From NCBI RefSeq assembly GCF_009834535.1, contig NC_045696.1, positions 68,760,001 through 68,824,000 of the forward strand: DNA of 64,000 nucleotides, read 5' to 3'. Source of the stretch: Camelus ferus. Its lineage: Eukaryota. The translations under genes and the position numbers were made by a program. Below are positions 51,178-62,890 of the stretch, piece by piece. A model generated the notes under the pieces. The model ran no database searches and had not been told where the DNA came from. It saw nothing but the letters and a program-made list of their open reading frames with translations. Each line of letters starts with the position of its first letter. Position 1 is the first letter of the stretch.

Positions 51178-53400
51178 GGGATTCCTACAGAGAATTAGGG
51201 TGGGACTTGGAAAAGAACTAAATGCCTCCTGGGGTATTTTAGCCAATGGGAATGGAGCCTAGAAATCACTGATGTTTTCTGTTTGGGGAGATTTTTTAAA
51301 TAGCTATCTTTGAAGAATAAAGGGTGGCAACCATGCTGCTGGAAAAATGAAGTTATTGCTTTGCAATAAATATAAGGGAAGAAAAGAAGTGATGATACAG
51401 ATATTAAAATAAGCCATTTCTAACTCTTGGGCTGGGAAGTTAACCCTTGCCTTCCTTTTTTTTTTTTTTTTTTTTAAGTCTTTGCCAACAGAACTGAAAT
51501 TACAAAGAGAAAGAGCCCTTCAGGACTCAAAGGGGAGGCTTCAGATTGAAAGGGAAAGGAGCAGAAAGAAGAGGATGAGCATTTAGTCTCATCAGAAAGA
51601 AGACAATGAACATGGGCTCTGTATCAGGAATGTCACAGACGGTGTAATATTTATTCCTTACAACAGCCCTCCATGGCAGGTAGTATTATTCACATTTTGA
51701 TGAGAAGGAAAATTGGGGCTCAAGGAGCTTAACTTACTGAGTTACTTAACTAAGGCCATATAGCTAGCAAGTAGCAGAACCAAGACTCAAGTGTTTCTTA
51801 ACCCCGGACTTCATGATCTTGCCTTACTCCATGCTGTACAGAGCTGGTCAACTTTCCTACTTTCTCTAGACTTCAGTTTCTTATCCGTAAAGATCCTCAA
51901 TCAAGACATCTCTAAACTGCCTTACAGCTCTGATGGCCTATGAACTTATTATGCTGGAAACTGTCCTTAGTTGGCGATCTGGGTTCTCGGGACTCCTGAC
52001 CCCCAGGAAGAGTTCTCCCATTGGGCTGGTGCCCTTTTCTGATGAGTTTGAGGGAAGTGATCAAGGCAGCACTTCTCACTGACCCTACACTGAGGATTAC
52101 AACCTCTGGAACCCCAAATTAGTGCCCATAGGTCTCCTCCTGGCTTAACCATCAAGACCAATGCACAAAAGCTGCAGTGGGAGAGGCCTGGGATCCTGGC
52201 ATGTCCCTTAGGAGTTTATTAATGACACCTGGAGTACCTCTAACAAGTTCATCATGTGGCACGTGGCCATGTGTGCAAAGAAAGAACTGCCCCATGCATG
52301 GGCTAAGCTGGTGAGCAAATCTCAGACCCCTCATCTGTAGCAAGTATAAAGGAGACACGTATTTGTAGATTGTAGACATCTTTCTGCAGAGCAGGAAGAG
52401 GCTTAATGCTTTAGGAAAGAGTTCTGGTCTAAAATTAGGTGAGGGTTGGACTCTTTGCTCTGCCACTACCTGGCAGTGAGACCTGGGATGAGTCACTTCC
52501 ATACTGTGATCACATTCTAGCAGGAAGGATGGCCATAGACAGGTCATTACAACAAAGTTTGATAAGCATCTGGCAAGGGTGGCAGGGCTCAAAAAATGAA
52601 GACTCTCAGAGCAGGATAAAACCATTGTAGCAGGTGGACAGCCAGGAGCAGGGAGGTCTGAGGCAAGGTCAAGTGCCCAGGAGAGGGAGTGAGGCATGAG
52701 CAGGGAAAGCTGTGCCCTGGACCTAGAGAATCCAAGGCAGGTCATCAATATCTCAGGGCTCATTATTACAAGACTGGGTGCAGAAGGAACCTATTCCTCA
52801 ATCAGAAGGCATTATACCAGGCAGCACAGGTGGATCACCTGGGAGTCTTATTCTAAATCATATGCTCAGGCCCCACACCCAGAAATTCTGATTCTGTTGG
52901 TCTAAGGCAGTGGCTGGGCACTGACATTTCTTTAAAAGCTCCTCCAGCTTTCTAAAGTACAGCCAAGTCTGAGAACATGTGAAGTAAGGAGAGATCTCTG
53001 AGAGACGGGGCCTCCCCCTTAGTGCCCACTGGATCCCAGCACCCACATCAGGACTTGCCAGACAGAAGGCACTCATGATATGCCTCCTGGATAAAGGACT
53101 GAATACTGGGTACATGAAGCAAAGGAAGTCACCAGCCAGTTACTAGAATCAGAGCAAGGGCAACAGTAAGATTGGTCTTATACCAAGTCCCCTAGATGAC
53201 CGACTGAGGGCTGCCTGCATCCCTCCTGTGTACACGATTGGCTCAGACCTTGAAGCTGGAGCAAGATGAAGCTTTATGAGGGGACTCCAGACAGGGGAGA
53301 GGGGAGATGGGGGTATCCAGCAGCCCACTGCAGATCAGGGACACTGGTGAACCCCAAGCACACATTAATGACTACTAAGCCTGATTGAAGAAATCCCATC

Positions 53401-53406
53401 TTTATT
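53401..53406 (-). terminator. RTP1: Candidate RTP1 polyadenylation signal AATAAA
   Basis: tttatt on +, about 1.44 kb after the stop, with GT-rich sequence downstream on the - strand. Confidence 0.6.
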
Positions 53407-54841
53407 AAAGTATCCTGTCTTCATGAGTGGCCCTTCTCCCTCCACCACTACAGATGGTGGCGACTTCCCATTAAAAAGGGGAGCAGTGGGGGAAGGAGGA
53501 GGAGTCAAGTTATTAACAGAGGTGAGGTGAATGAGGACCCCCCAAAGTGCAGGGTGATGTCCCACTTCCTGCTTTCTGCCTCCCTCCCTACCCCACTTTG
53601 TACCCCTACTATCAGAAAGTCTTCTCTCTGTCTCCAAACGAGATTACATCCTATTTGAAAGCAATTAAGATCCTCCCACATACCTATGCATGTCTTTATA
53701 GGAAAAACCCTTCACGTCGTTAGTGCTCCCTTTCTTACTAATGACCCCCATCCCTGTGGTTCTAGGTGAACAACTGATCTTTAGTGAGAGGGCCCATACC
53801 TGGCTAATATGGGAAAGCCTCCCAACTAAGTTTTCAGCCAATAGTCCAGGAAGCCAGGCCCCTGCTCCTGTGTTCTGGCCATCAGAACCACTGAGCATCA
53901 GCCAGACTTGATCCCTGTACCCTGGTCTCCCGGCTCTGAAGACTCTTCATTATAATGGAGAGTCATTCATTATATTTGTTTCCTAGGAATTTTGAGCTTT
54001 GCTTCTAACATTCTACCTCCTAAATTCTCTGATGGTTCATATGTACCGGGTGGGAAGCCTAGCTCTATGGGACTCCTCCCCAACCACCATCTCCAAGCCA
54101 GGCAGACGCTAGAATCCACCCTGAGTGGAGGGCAGCTGGAAACTAGGAGTCTGGAAAATAGAGGCAAGGGACCCTGTGGAAGAAAAAGGACAGCCTTGTG
54201 CTCCTACCTCTCTCTCTTCAAGAGGCACCTCTGCTGTGTGCACGGGGACAGAGCTATGAATGAGACTTATACACTAGGCTAGGCAGAGGCTAATTTAAGG
54301 CTAATCTAAGGCAGCAGCTCTGGATGTGGCGGTAATGAGCAAGGGATGGGGAGTTAATAAGAAAGCAAGGATGAGGTCACCTGTGGAAAGGCCTTTTAAG
54401 ATCGCCTAGTCCTGTAATTTTAAAACTTTTTAAAAGCAATGGAAACTTTTTTCATAAAAAACTTTTAAATAAGACTCCTTTTAAGATGGAGCTATTGAAC
54501 TAAAGCAAGAGGAGGTAGGAGCTGGGGATGGATGGTTTGACCAGGATGGGAAACCCATTCACTTAGTCTACCTTCCAAATCCAAAAGTCCCTGAGGCACC
54601 CATATAGAACGTTGGGGCCCTGGGTTTCGCTTTGAAAAAAACCAATGATCTAATCCAAACCCTTAATTTTATAGATGGAAAAGCTGGGTGATTTGTCCAG
54701 GGTTCCCACTGAGTCAGTGGCGGCATCAGCACTAGAACTTAATCCCACTCCCAACCCAGGTCTGTCTTCACCCCTCCCACCAGCTGGTTGGCCCCACAGG
54801 CCCTGGATCCCTAGCGCCTCACTGAGCCCACCAAGGGAATC

Positions 54842-55361
54842 TTAGACGGAGCTGCTAAAGGAGAATTGCAGGTAGATGATCAGCAACAGGACTGTGGCCC
54901 AAAACAAGCACCAGGGGATGGAGAAGAAGTTGCAGCCTGAACCCGTCTCGGCTGGCGGCTTGGTGGGGCTGGGTGCCCGGGAGAAGGTGTAGGTGGTCGC
55001 CTCCTCCTCCAGCAGCTTCTCGCTGGGCTTCCAGTGCACGATGCCCTCCTGGCAGGCCTCGCAGAACTCGCCGCGGTGCCGCCGGTTGTCTTGGCGGCTG
55101 GCCACGAGGATGCGGTACTGGCCTCCGCGCTCTCCGTAGCACTGCTCGCGCAGGCTGGTGATGAGGTTGTCCACCAGGCTCTCGATGTTCTCCTCCAGCA
55201 TGCTCGACTCGTCCAGCCGCGCCGTGCCGCACTCGTAGCACAGCTGCTTGAAGACGCGCATGCGCACCGAGCCCGCCCGCTGGGCGCGGTCCAGGTGCAT
55301 GTGGAAGAGGATGACCACGTGGGGAGACTGCCAGGTGTGCCAGCACCAGGAACAGTGGAAC
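54842..55361 (-). CDS. RTP1: RTP1 exon 2 coding part, 3CxxC zinc finger (CSWC, CYEC, CEAC) and C-terminal transmembrane segment
   Basis: cag|G acceptor; FHCSWCWHTWQSPHVVILFHM...IPWCLFWATVLLLIIYLQFSFSSSV*; 520 bp; CpG-rich. Confidence 0.97.
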
Positions 55362-55663
55362 CTGTGGCGAGGAGGAGAGGACGAAGTGGAGGCAGTGGAG
55401 ACAGACCAGGAAGAAGGTAAGCAGCAATCTGCAGAGCCTAGAGGTGGAGGCGGTGTGTTTACAGCCCCCTGGGTTCATTGGCTTTCCCCAGGTGACTAAC
55501 CAGCCCGCGCCCTTGTGTGCTCTGCTAGGACCAGAGCAGGCGACCCAGGATGCACCTAGCATCCAGCAATGCTCTGCCACCTCTAGGCCCTCCTCTGTGC
55601 TCTGCAGAAGCCTCAGTGCCCTCCATCTCAATGCCCTGAGGCCTTGCCTTTGGCCTCTGGCTC

Positions 55664-55981
55664 TGGGCAGCTTTCCTCGTCTATAAAATGTGCACAGTGC
55701 ACTAAATGAGTCCTTCCTGCTCAAATGTCCTTTTGAGTCTGATATTGAGGATGGCCCCCATCACATAGAAAACACATAATCTTACCTATCAACACTGACT
55801 GTGAATAGGCTAGACCCAAATCAGGAGAAAATGACACCATCATCACTTCTCAGCCTCCAGGCCCTTGCCAGGATTAATGTGTCTGAAGTCCTGTAAATGC
55901 AGGCAGACTCAAAAGGACATTTGAGCAGGAAGGACTCATTTAGTGCACTGTGCACATTTTATAGATGAGGAAAGCTGCCCA
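55664..55981. repeat. 78-bp inverted repeat, 77/78 identical, 162-bp spacer
   Basis: 55664-55741 is the reverse complement of 55904-55981 except for 55679/55966. Confidence 0.95.
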
Positions 55982-57253
55982 AAGGCAGCCTCTGTGGTGC
56001 AGCCTAAGGGTCAGAAGCAAGGCCTTCCTTTCTGCCTTTCAGTTTATTCGATGCAATTCAGGAAACATCTAGTGAACACCTGTTACGGTCGCTGGCTGTG
56101 CCTCTGACTAGCTGTGTGTACAACTTTCTTACTCTGCGCCTCAGAGTAAAACAAAGGGTTAATTAGGTGGTTTCTCAGGTGCCTCCAGTTCTGACATTTT
56201 CCATTCCAAATTTCGTAGTTGAGTTTGGGAGAGGGGAAATAGTTCCTAAAGGATGTGAGTAAAAGAGAAGAAATGAGAATGAAAATGTGAAACTCCCTAA
56301 ACCAGCTGATTTGCAAAGGGGTGCAAAGGGCTGGACACTTTCTGACAGGGCCCAGAAGCTTCTCAAAGACCTGGAAGTCTTGTGGGGTTGAGTGAGGATT
56401 ACTTGTGTCTCCTCCAGACCTGGCTGATGATCTGAGAGCCCTAGCCGGCCTCAGTTAGCTCACTCTGGGCATAGACTCAGGCTCCCCATCTTATGTCCCA
56501 GAGGTAAATATGTACATAATGTACCCAAGGATAAGAGTGCTAGAAAGTCATCTCAGACAAAATTGTACATATGCGCCACCTGGGAACCTTGGTGAAATGT
56601 GGCTTCTGATTCAGAAGGTCTAGGATGTGGCCTGAGAATCTGCATCTTTAACAGGTTCCAGCTGATGCTAATACTGATACTGCTGGTCCATGAACAGGAG
56701 GGCAAGGATCTAGGCTAACCTCTCCTTCCACAAATGGAGAAAGTGAGGTCCAAGAAGGAAACTGAACTGTTCAAAGGCCATAGAATACTGGAGCTAGCTT
56801 CCAGCATACCTCGTATGTCCAATATTTTATATTAAGTCAATTATATAGATTAAATTAAATAGATTGAAACTGAACTGTCCTTGGACCAAAACACAGGCCT
56901 CTTGACCCCCAGTGGACCTCAAGCCCCCCTTTCTCTTGGTTTTCAACCATTTTTAAAAGGATATTGAAATATAAAAATATGTAAAATGTCAGAGTTAAGA
57001 ACTAATAAATATATTCCGCCTCTTTTCCAGAGGGGAAACTATGACTTAGGAAAAGTTACCAGATTCTCAGTGGAAGAGCTGGAATCAAACTCAGGTGTCC
57101 CAACTCCCCGTTAGCTGCTTTTTCTCTGCCTCCCAGTCTATAGTGGCCCAACAGGGAGACTGACCCTCAGCACCTGGGTTCTCCATGTTTCTGGCTCTTC
57201 TTGGAAGGTGTCCCAGTGGCTGCCTTTAGGGCCCCTGCTTACAGGCTACTCAC

Positions 57254-57525
57254 CTGCCCGAGGCATGCAATTCCAAGTACTGCTTCCAGCCAGGGGCCAG
57301 CACATTGTGCTTGAGGTTGGGATCTATGATGAGGTCCCAGCTGTCAGCCGGCTTTGCTTCCTCCATCTTCTCATAGAAGATTTTCTTCCATTCACCTGTA
57401 GTCACACTTTTACACATGGTCTCTTCAGTGGCGAGAGAGGGCAAGCTCCACCTGAGTGAGAACACGGGAAACGAGGGCAAGTGCAGGGCAGGGCAGCGCA
57501 GTCTCCACGGTCTAAAAATCCTCAT
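57254..57525 (-). CDS. RTP1: RTP1 exon 1 coding part (MRIFRPWRLRC...MCKSVTT...LELHASGR)
   Basis: ATG at 57525 (long form) and 57417 (RTP1S); AG|gtgagt donor; 272+520=792 nt, 263 aa plus stop. Confidence 0.95.
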
Positions 57526-57581
57526 CGACAGAACCAGGAGGAAGGAGGACCCAGCTCTCTCCTTTGTCCGCAGTGGAACCT

Positions 57582-57595
57582 GTTTCCACGGCAAC
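57582..57595. promoter_or_regulatory. RFX X-box motif GTTTCCACGGCAAC
   Basis: One mismatch to GTTNCCATGGNAAC, 57 bp upstream of the first RTP1 ATG. Confidence 0.6.
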
Positions 57596-57841
57596 CAGGC
57601 AGGGAGCCAAGAGACAGTGGTTGGAAAGGAGTGAGTCTCCGAAGGGGTGTTTCAGGGCCCCAAAATGAGGCTGTGGAGGCAGGGTTTGTAGGTCTAAGTG
57701 ACCCAAGACAGGGTGGGTGGGCCTGAAAGGAGGCTGAGCTTCAGAACATCTCACTCTGGCCTGTGAAGGGCATGGAGAGGAGAGGATCTGGGAGCTGGCT
57801 CAGCTTTACCTTGGGGCCCCTGGAGGTATCATCAGCATCTG

Positions 57842-57855
57842 GCTGCTACGGTAAC
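57842..57855. promoter_or_regulatory. Second X-box-like motif (GTTACCGTAGCAGC on -)
   Basis: Perfect GTTACC half-site, 2-bp spacer and a degenerate second half. Confidence 0.45.
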
Positions 57856-58304
57856 CATGATGCCTTAGGGAACCAAAGAAAAATAAGGGATGGGAAGATG
57901 TAGACCTGTTAATAGATGCAGCAATAATGATAAACCGTCTCTCTGCACCCTCACTTATCTTGAGACCAGCACTTTGTCATGTACAAAAACAACTGGAGGT
58001 CTCTTGACCCACAGTTGTTATGGCCACTGTACAGATCAGGAGCTTGGGACTCACTGAGCTTATAAATGGCAGAGCTGATAGCCAAATCCAAGCCATTGAG
58101 CCCGTACCAATTCTTCAATTCATGTGTGTCAGGCATACCCCTATGCCAGGCTGTATGCCAGGTGGTTGTAACTGGATATCTACCCAATGCCCAGAATGCA
58201 AAGAGATCCATGCCATGACAGCTATGCATAAGAGCAGCCACCTGTGCACACGGTGGGAGCAATTGCATCTGCCTGGCAGGAGCAGAAAAGATGATTTTCA
58301 ACTT

Positions 58305-58411
58305 TAAAAAAAATTTTATTTATTAAATTATTTTGGAGGTACTAGGTATTGAAACCAGGACCTCACACATGGTAAGCATGCACTCTACCACTGAGCTATA
58401 CCCTCCCCCAC
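58305..58411 (-). mobile_element. Short tRNA-derived SINE (camelid Vic-1-like) with 13-bp TSD
   Basis: On -: A-box TAGCTCAGTGG, B-box-like GGTTTCAATACC, AT-rich tail; TSD tgattttcaactt at 58292-58304 and 58412-58424. Confidence 0.85.
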
Positions 58412-58495
58412 TGATTTTCAACTTAATTATAGAAGAGGAACACAAATATACATGGAAAAAACAGCTTTTGCTATTACTGCCTCTTAGGCTACTTT

Positions 58496-58941
58496 GTTTT
58501 CTTTTTCCCTTTTTTAAATTGAAGTACAGTCAGTTGCAATGTGTCAGTTTCTGGTGTACAGTCCACTGTCCCAGTCATGCATATACATACACATTCATTT
58601 TCATATTCCTTTTCATTAAAGGTTATTACAAGATATTGAATATAGTTCCTTGTCCTATACAGAAGAAATTTGTTTTTTTAAATCTATTTTTGTATATAGT
58701 GGCTAACATTTGCAAATCTCAAACTCCCAAATTTATCCCTTCCCAGTCCTTTTCCCCCAGGAACCATAAGATTATTTACTATGTCTGCGAGGCTGTTTCT
58801 GTTTCGTAGCTGAGTTCATTAGTGTCCTCTTTTTTTCTTTCTTTTTTTTTAAATTTCACATATAAGTAATATCATATGGTATTTTTCTTTCTCTTTCTGG
58901 CTTACTTCACTTAGAATGATGATCTCTAGGGCCATCCTTGT
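58496..58941 (-). mobile_element. 5'-truncated LINE-1 with 12-bp TSD
   Basis: T-rich tail and aattgaagtacagt tip; TSD ttaggctacttt at 58484-58495 and 58942-58953. Confidence 0.88.
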
Positions 58942-61191
58942 TTAGGCTACTTTTTAATAAATTATTTTTCCTTTATAAAAGTCATACAGGTTTATTATAG
59001 AAAAATTGGAAAATATAGATAAAATGAGTTAAGAGTAAGACTAATACCCATGCTATTTTTCTGTACATATATGTGTGTGTGTGCATGTATGTGTATATAT
59101 ACATACACATGCTACATACTATACTGTGATATGTTTTTAAATAATATATCACAAATGTTTTTCCAGATCATTTTTATTAATATTATCCCATCTTGGAAGC
59201 TGCCTATATGCTGTTATATGTTTGGGCATAATTTATTTAGCTAACCCTCTATTTGCCGGCCTTAAATTTTTTTCATTTCTCACAATTACACTCTTGCTAC
59301 TTATTTGTATAAAACTTATTGATGAAGCTCATGGACCTGCATTGCAGGCATCAGAGATGATGCTTCCCACAGCTGGAAAATAAATCTACTCCCTGCAGAA
59401 GCTTACTGTGGCTGGAAAAATCTGAGCAGGCTCTTCAAACAGTATAACTTGTAAACAGCCTGCAGATCCTGAACTTTAGGGATGAAAAAGAAGGGCTTAA
59501 ATCTCCCATCTGATACTGGAGACCATCTTCCAAGTGCTCCTCCTGCCTCTGCATGAATGCTTGATGCTTTGGCATCCTTTATTTTAGCCTCAGTTTATTC
59601 ATCTTAGCAATGGGATAATAAGGAAGTAGTGTCTCTAGTGATTCACAGCAGGAGCTCTGGAATTACTTGCCTTGGTTCTTTTTCTTTTTTTTTTTTTTTC
59701 TTTGAAAACCCTTATATCCTCCTAGGTAGGTATTCTAATATATTTAATATGTACCATTTCTTTCTGGCAAAACATGTGTTGGTATTTTATGTGAATATAT
59801 TTTTAAATTATATAGTGACAGCAATCACTATATAGCAGTTACTAGGGATCAGGCATTGTCCTAAGTGCTTTATACATATTAATTTATTTCATTCTAATAA
59901 TAATCTCTATATGGGGGTAACAGCAGCAGCAGCTCCATTTTGCAAATATGTAAGCCAAAGCAGAAAAGTTAGTTAATTTGCCCAAGATTCAACAGCTGAT
60001 AATTAGTGGAACTGGGATTTGAACTATATGATTGTCTCCAAAGCCCCAGCTTAATCACTGTACTGCCCAGCATGGAACCTTAAAGCACTTGCTAAGTAAA
60101 GGTGTCTTTCTTCCTTCTCATCACTGCATATGGCCCTTCCAGACTCAGAGAACTGAAATTTGTATCCTTTCAGCAGGGGTTCACTAGGCCACCCTGAGGC
60201 CACAGCCCCGGGAGGAGGAGGGACGTGTATTTAGCCTGCCAGTCTCCCTGTTAGCACTGCGGATGCCACCTCTGCTGCCGAGCTTAATGGAGCAAGTATC
60301 CACAGACCGCTGGTGCCCAGTGTAAAGATTTCGGAGCTGAAACAGAAATTCAGCTTGAAATATTACCAAAGGAAATACAGTGTCTAAAGCCATCTCTAGG
60401 TCCACCATTCCTGTGAAGCCATAATCTTTTTGATGACAGGCACCCTGGTTCAGTGGAGGAAGCAAAGAACCACAAGGCAGGAGATATAAATATATATCCC
60501 AGCTCTGCTTCTGGCTGGCTTTGTGACTCAGGGGTATCACTGTTCTTGGCCTCTGTTCGTCTGTTCAATGAAGAATTAGGGTATATGGCAAGGCTAAAGT
60601 CCCCTCTGGCTATAGCCACATATGAATTCGAAGAGCTTTATACTTAGACACCTGAATCTTTGGAGGGCAGGAGGTAGGATGGAAGAGGGAAGCTTCTAAT
60701 GAAGCACTGCAGGTAGTGCCTGGAGTCAGGGTCTGTCTCCTTGGGAGCTGCTACATTGTTGAAGATCTCTGAGGAGGTGTCACTCCACTAGCTTTGAACT
60801 GGACACAGTAAGAAAGACAGAAATCAAATAAAGGCCACTGAACATTAACACCAGAAAAGATTTTTTAAATGCGTTAAACTTTTTATCCTTCAAGTCAGTA
60901 TTCTTGCCTCTAAATTAAAGTAGTCGATACCCGGAGAAGTAAACTGACTTAACCAGCTTCAGAGGTGTGATGGGAGCTGTCTCTCATTGCAGCCACAGGT
61001 CAAGGAGAGAATGGAAGCTAAGGACACTTCCAGAAAGCATGTGAAGCTGAGAGAAGCTTATAGAACTTGCCTTGGAATCAAGGTGTATTACCCAACACCA
61101 GGAACAAATCCTCTGGAAGTATTTTGCAGTTGTTGCTACAATAAACATTATGATGAAAAACAAGAACATAAAAGGTAAGACTTACCAGAGT

Positions 61192-61203
61192 TGTGTGTGT
61201 GTT

Positions 61204-61250
<47 letters not shown>
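61192..61250. repeat. (TG)n microsatellite
   Basis: Seen directly. Confidence 0.95.
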
Positions 61251-61252
<2 letters not shown>

Positions 61253-61939
61253 CCAGCTGATGCAATTCCCACTGGCACAAATTAAGTTTAATTTAGAATC
61301 TGAGCTTACTATGCAGAGAGCAATGTAATACATCCTTCTGTATAGCAGAATGTTTTCTCTAATAAAATAATATTTCCATCAAGACAGATAATCCTATGGT
61401 GTTGCAACTTGCTCTCTATCAACTGAACCCTGATACCATGAAATCCACAATTTAGACGTCTTTAAAGCCAATGGCCTCATGTTGGCCAATTTCTTAAAGT
61501 CTGTGATCATAATTTAAATCCATAAAATGGTTTAAAACAATCCCCAACTAGAAAACAGAGTAGTGGGGAGAAAAAGAGAGAAAAGAAAGAAAAACCATGT
61601 CACTAATGTGTTATTTGTCTCAGTAAGAAATATTTTATGAAGCTTATTATTCTATTATTGCTTATCAAAAAGTTACAAAAACAAACATTGTCACTTTCGA
61701 AATGATGCACTAATGACAAGTGATTCTCACCTAGGGACAATTCCATGTCCCTAAAAGGCATTTGAGAAGGAGGAGAGGTATGTTTGAGGGTTGCATCAAT
61801 GACTGGAAGTTTCTGCCAGCACTCAGTGCTTGGAGACCAAGGATCTAAATGTACCTGACAGTACCACAACAAAGCATTTCCCTTCCCAGAATGCCCTACC
61901 TTTGCTGAATCCAAATCGTAAGCCCCTCCATAATCTGAT

Positions 61940-62452
61940 ATAAAGAGCCCAGGTAGTGGTCTCAACTTCCAATTTAATGAAACCATTGTTTTCTTCCTTG
62001 GTGGCAACATCCTTCCCTTAGGGATCAAGACCTCTAAACCAGCAAAGTTCAAAGTTGTGGGGGATAGGAAGCAAAAAATAAACCAAAAAATAAACAAACA
62101 AAAATCACTAATATATCATCGGGGTAATTTTGAGCAAGCTTTCCCACTCCTTAATTCTTGGAGCTGAGGAAAACAGCACCAAACCATGGTTGCTAATTCA
62201 GGGTATATGCCGGGATACCCCAGGCCTGCGAGGTGCCAGTTCACCTAGGTGGTTCTGTAACTGAGTCTTCCAAAGCCCATCCCACTGTTCAGTCAGCCCA
62301 GCTGCTTCAGGGTAATGGGAGATACAGTAAGACAAAGGAATTCCATAAGTTTGAACCCATTGTCAGATTTCATTTTCTTTAAAATCAGTTCCTGGTCAGA
62401 AGCAATGCTATACAGAATACCACAGTGGTAAAGAAGGTATTCTCCAAGTTCA
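61940..62452 (-). mobile_element. ERVL internal relic: integrase core and downstream pol/dUTPase-like region
   Basis: Peptides HCGILYSIASDQ and AGLEVLIPKGRMLPP...LNWKLRPLPG resemble ERVL pol; frameshifted. Confidence 0.7.
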
Positions 62453-62464
62453 CTGCTGAGTGTC

Positions 62465-62703
62465 CGAATGACAGTAGCAGAGATCAGCACTGAACCCTTG
62501 ATTGGGACACGATTCCATGGGGAACCAGCCCACCACCTGGTGGCAGTTTGATTACATTGGACCGTTTCCATCAGGGAAGGCACAGAACTTTGTTCTCACT
62601 GGAATAGGCAGTGACTGTGGGTATGGGTTTGCCTTCCTTCTTCACAATGCTTCTGTCATCTCTGGACTTCCAGAATGCTTTCCTCTCTATTATGGTATTC
62701 CTC
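62465..62703 (+). mobile_element. ERVL integrase N-terminal core relic, opposite orientation
   Basis: QPTTWWQFDYIGPFP...FVLTGIGSDCGYGFAF...GLPECF...GIP matches the ERVL integrase WQxDYIGP motif. Confidence 0.8.
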
Positions 62704-62704
62704 A

Positions 62705-62890
62705 GCTGCTTAGGCTTCCAGGCTGCATGGTGGACGGTTTCCAAGAAGGAGCATTCCAAGAGAAAGGAAATGGGAGCTTCCAGAACCCTTAAGCCTGGGG
62801 TCAGAAATCCCAGAACATCACTGCTTTCATATGCTGTTGGTCAAATCAATCACAGGGCCAGAGTTAAGAAGTTGGGAAATACACTCCACC
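62705..62890. mobile_element. MaLR LTR fragment
   Basis: cagaacatcactgc...tgttggtcaaa...tcacagggccag...actccacct MLT1 motifs. Confidence 0.55.

Noticed and set aside
52152..52763. 203-aa ORF on -
   Set aside because: Intergenic, spans MIR-like sequence, no recognisable domain.
54855..55724. 289-aa ORF on - overlapping RTP1 exon 2 in another frame
   Set aside because: Non-ATG start, runs through intron sequence, no recognisable domain; expected shadow ORF of a GC-rich exon.
57526..57594. 23-aa N-terminal extension of RTP1 in the ORF track
   Set aside because: Starts at TTG and overlaps the X-box; the known protein begins at MRIFRP.
58330..58409. Possible tRNA gene
   Set aside because: Degenerate B-box and stems, AT-rich tail and TSD identify a SINE.
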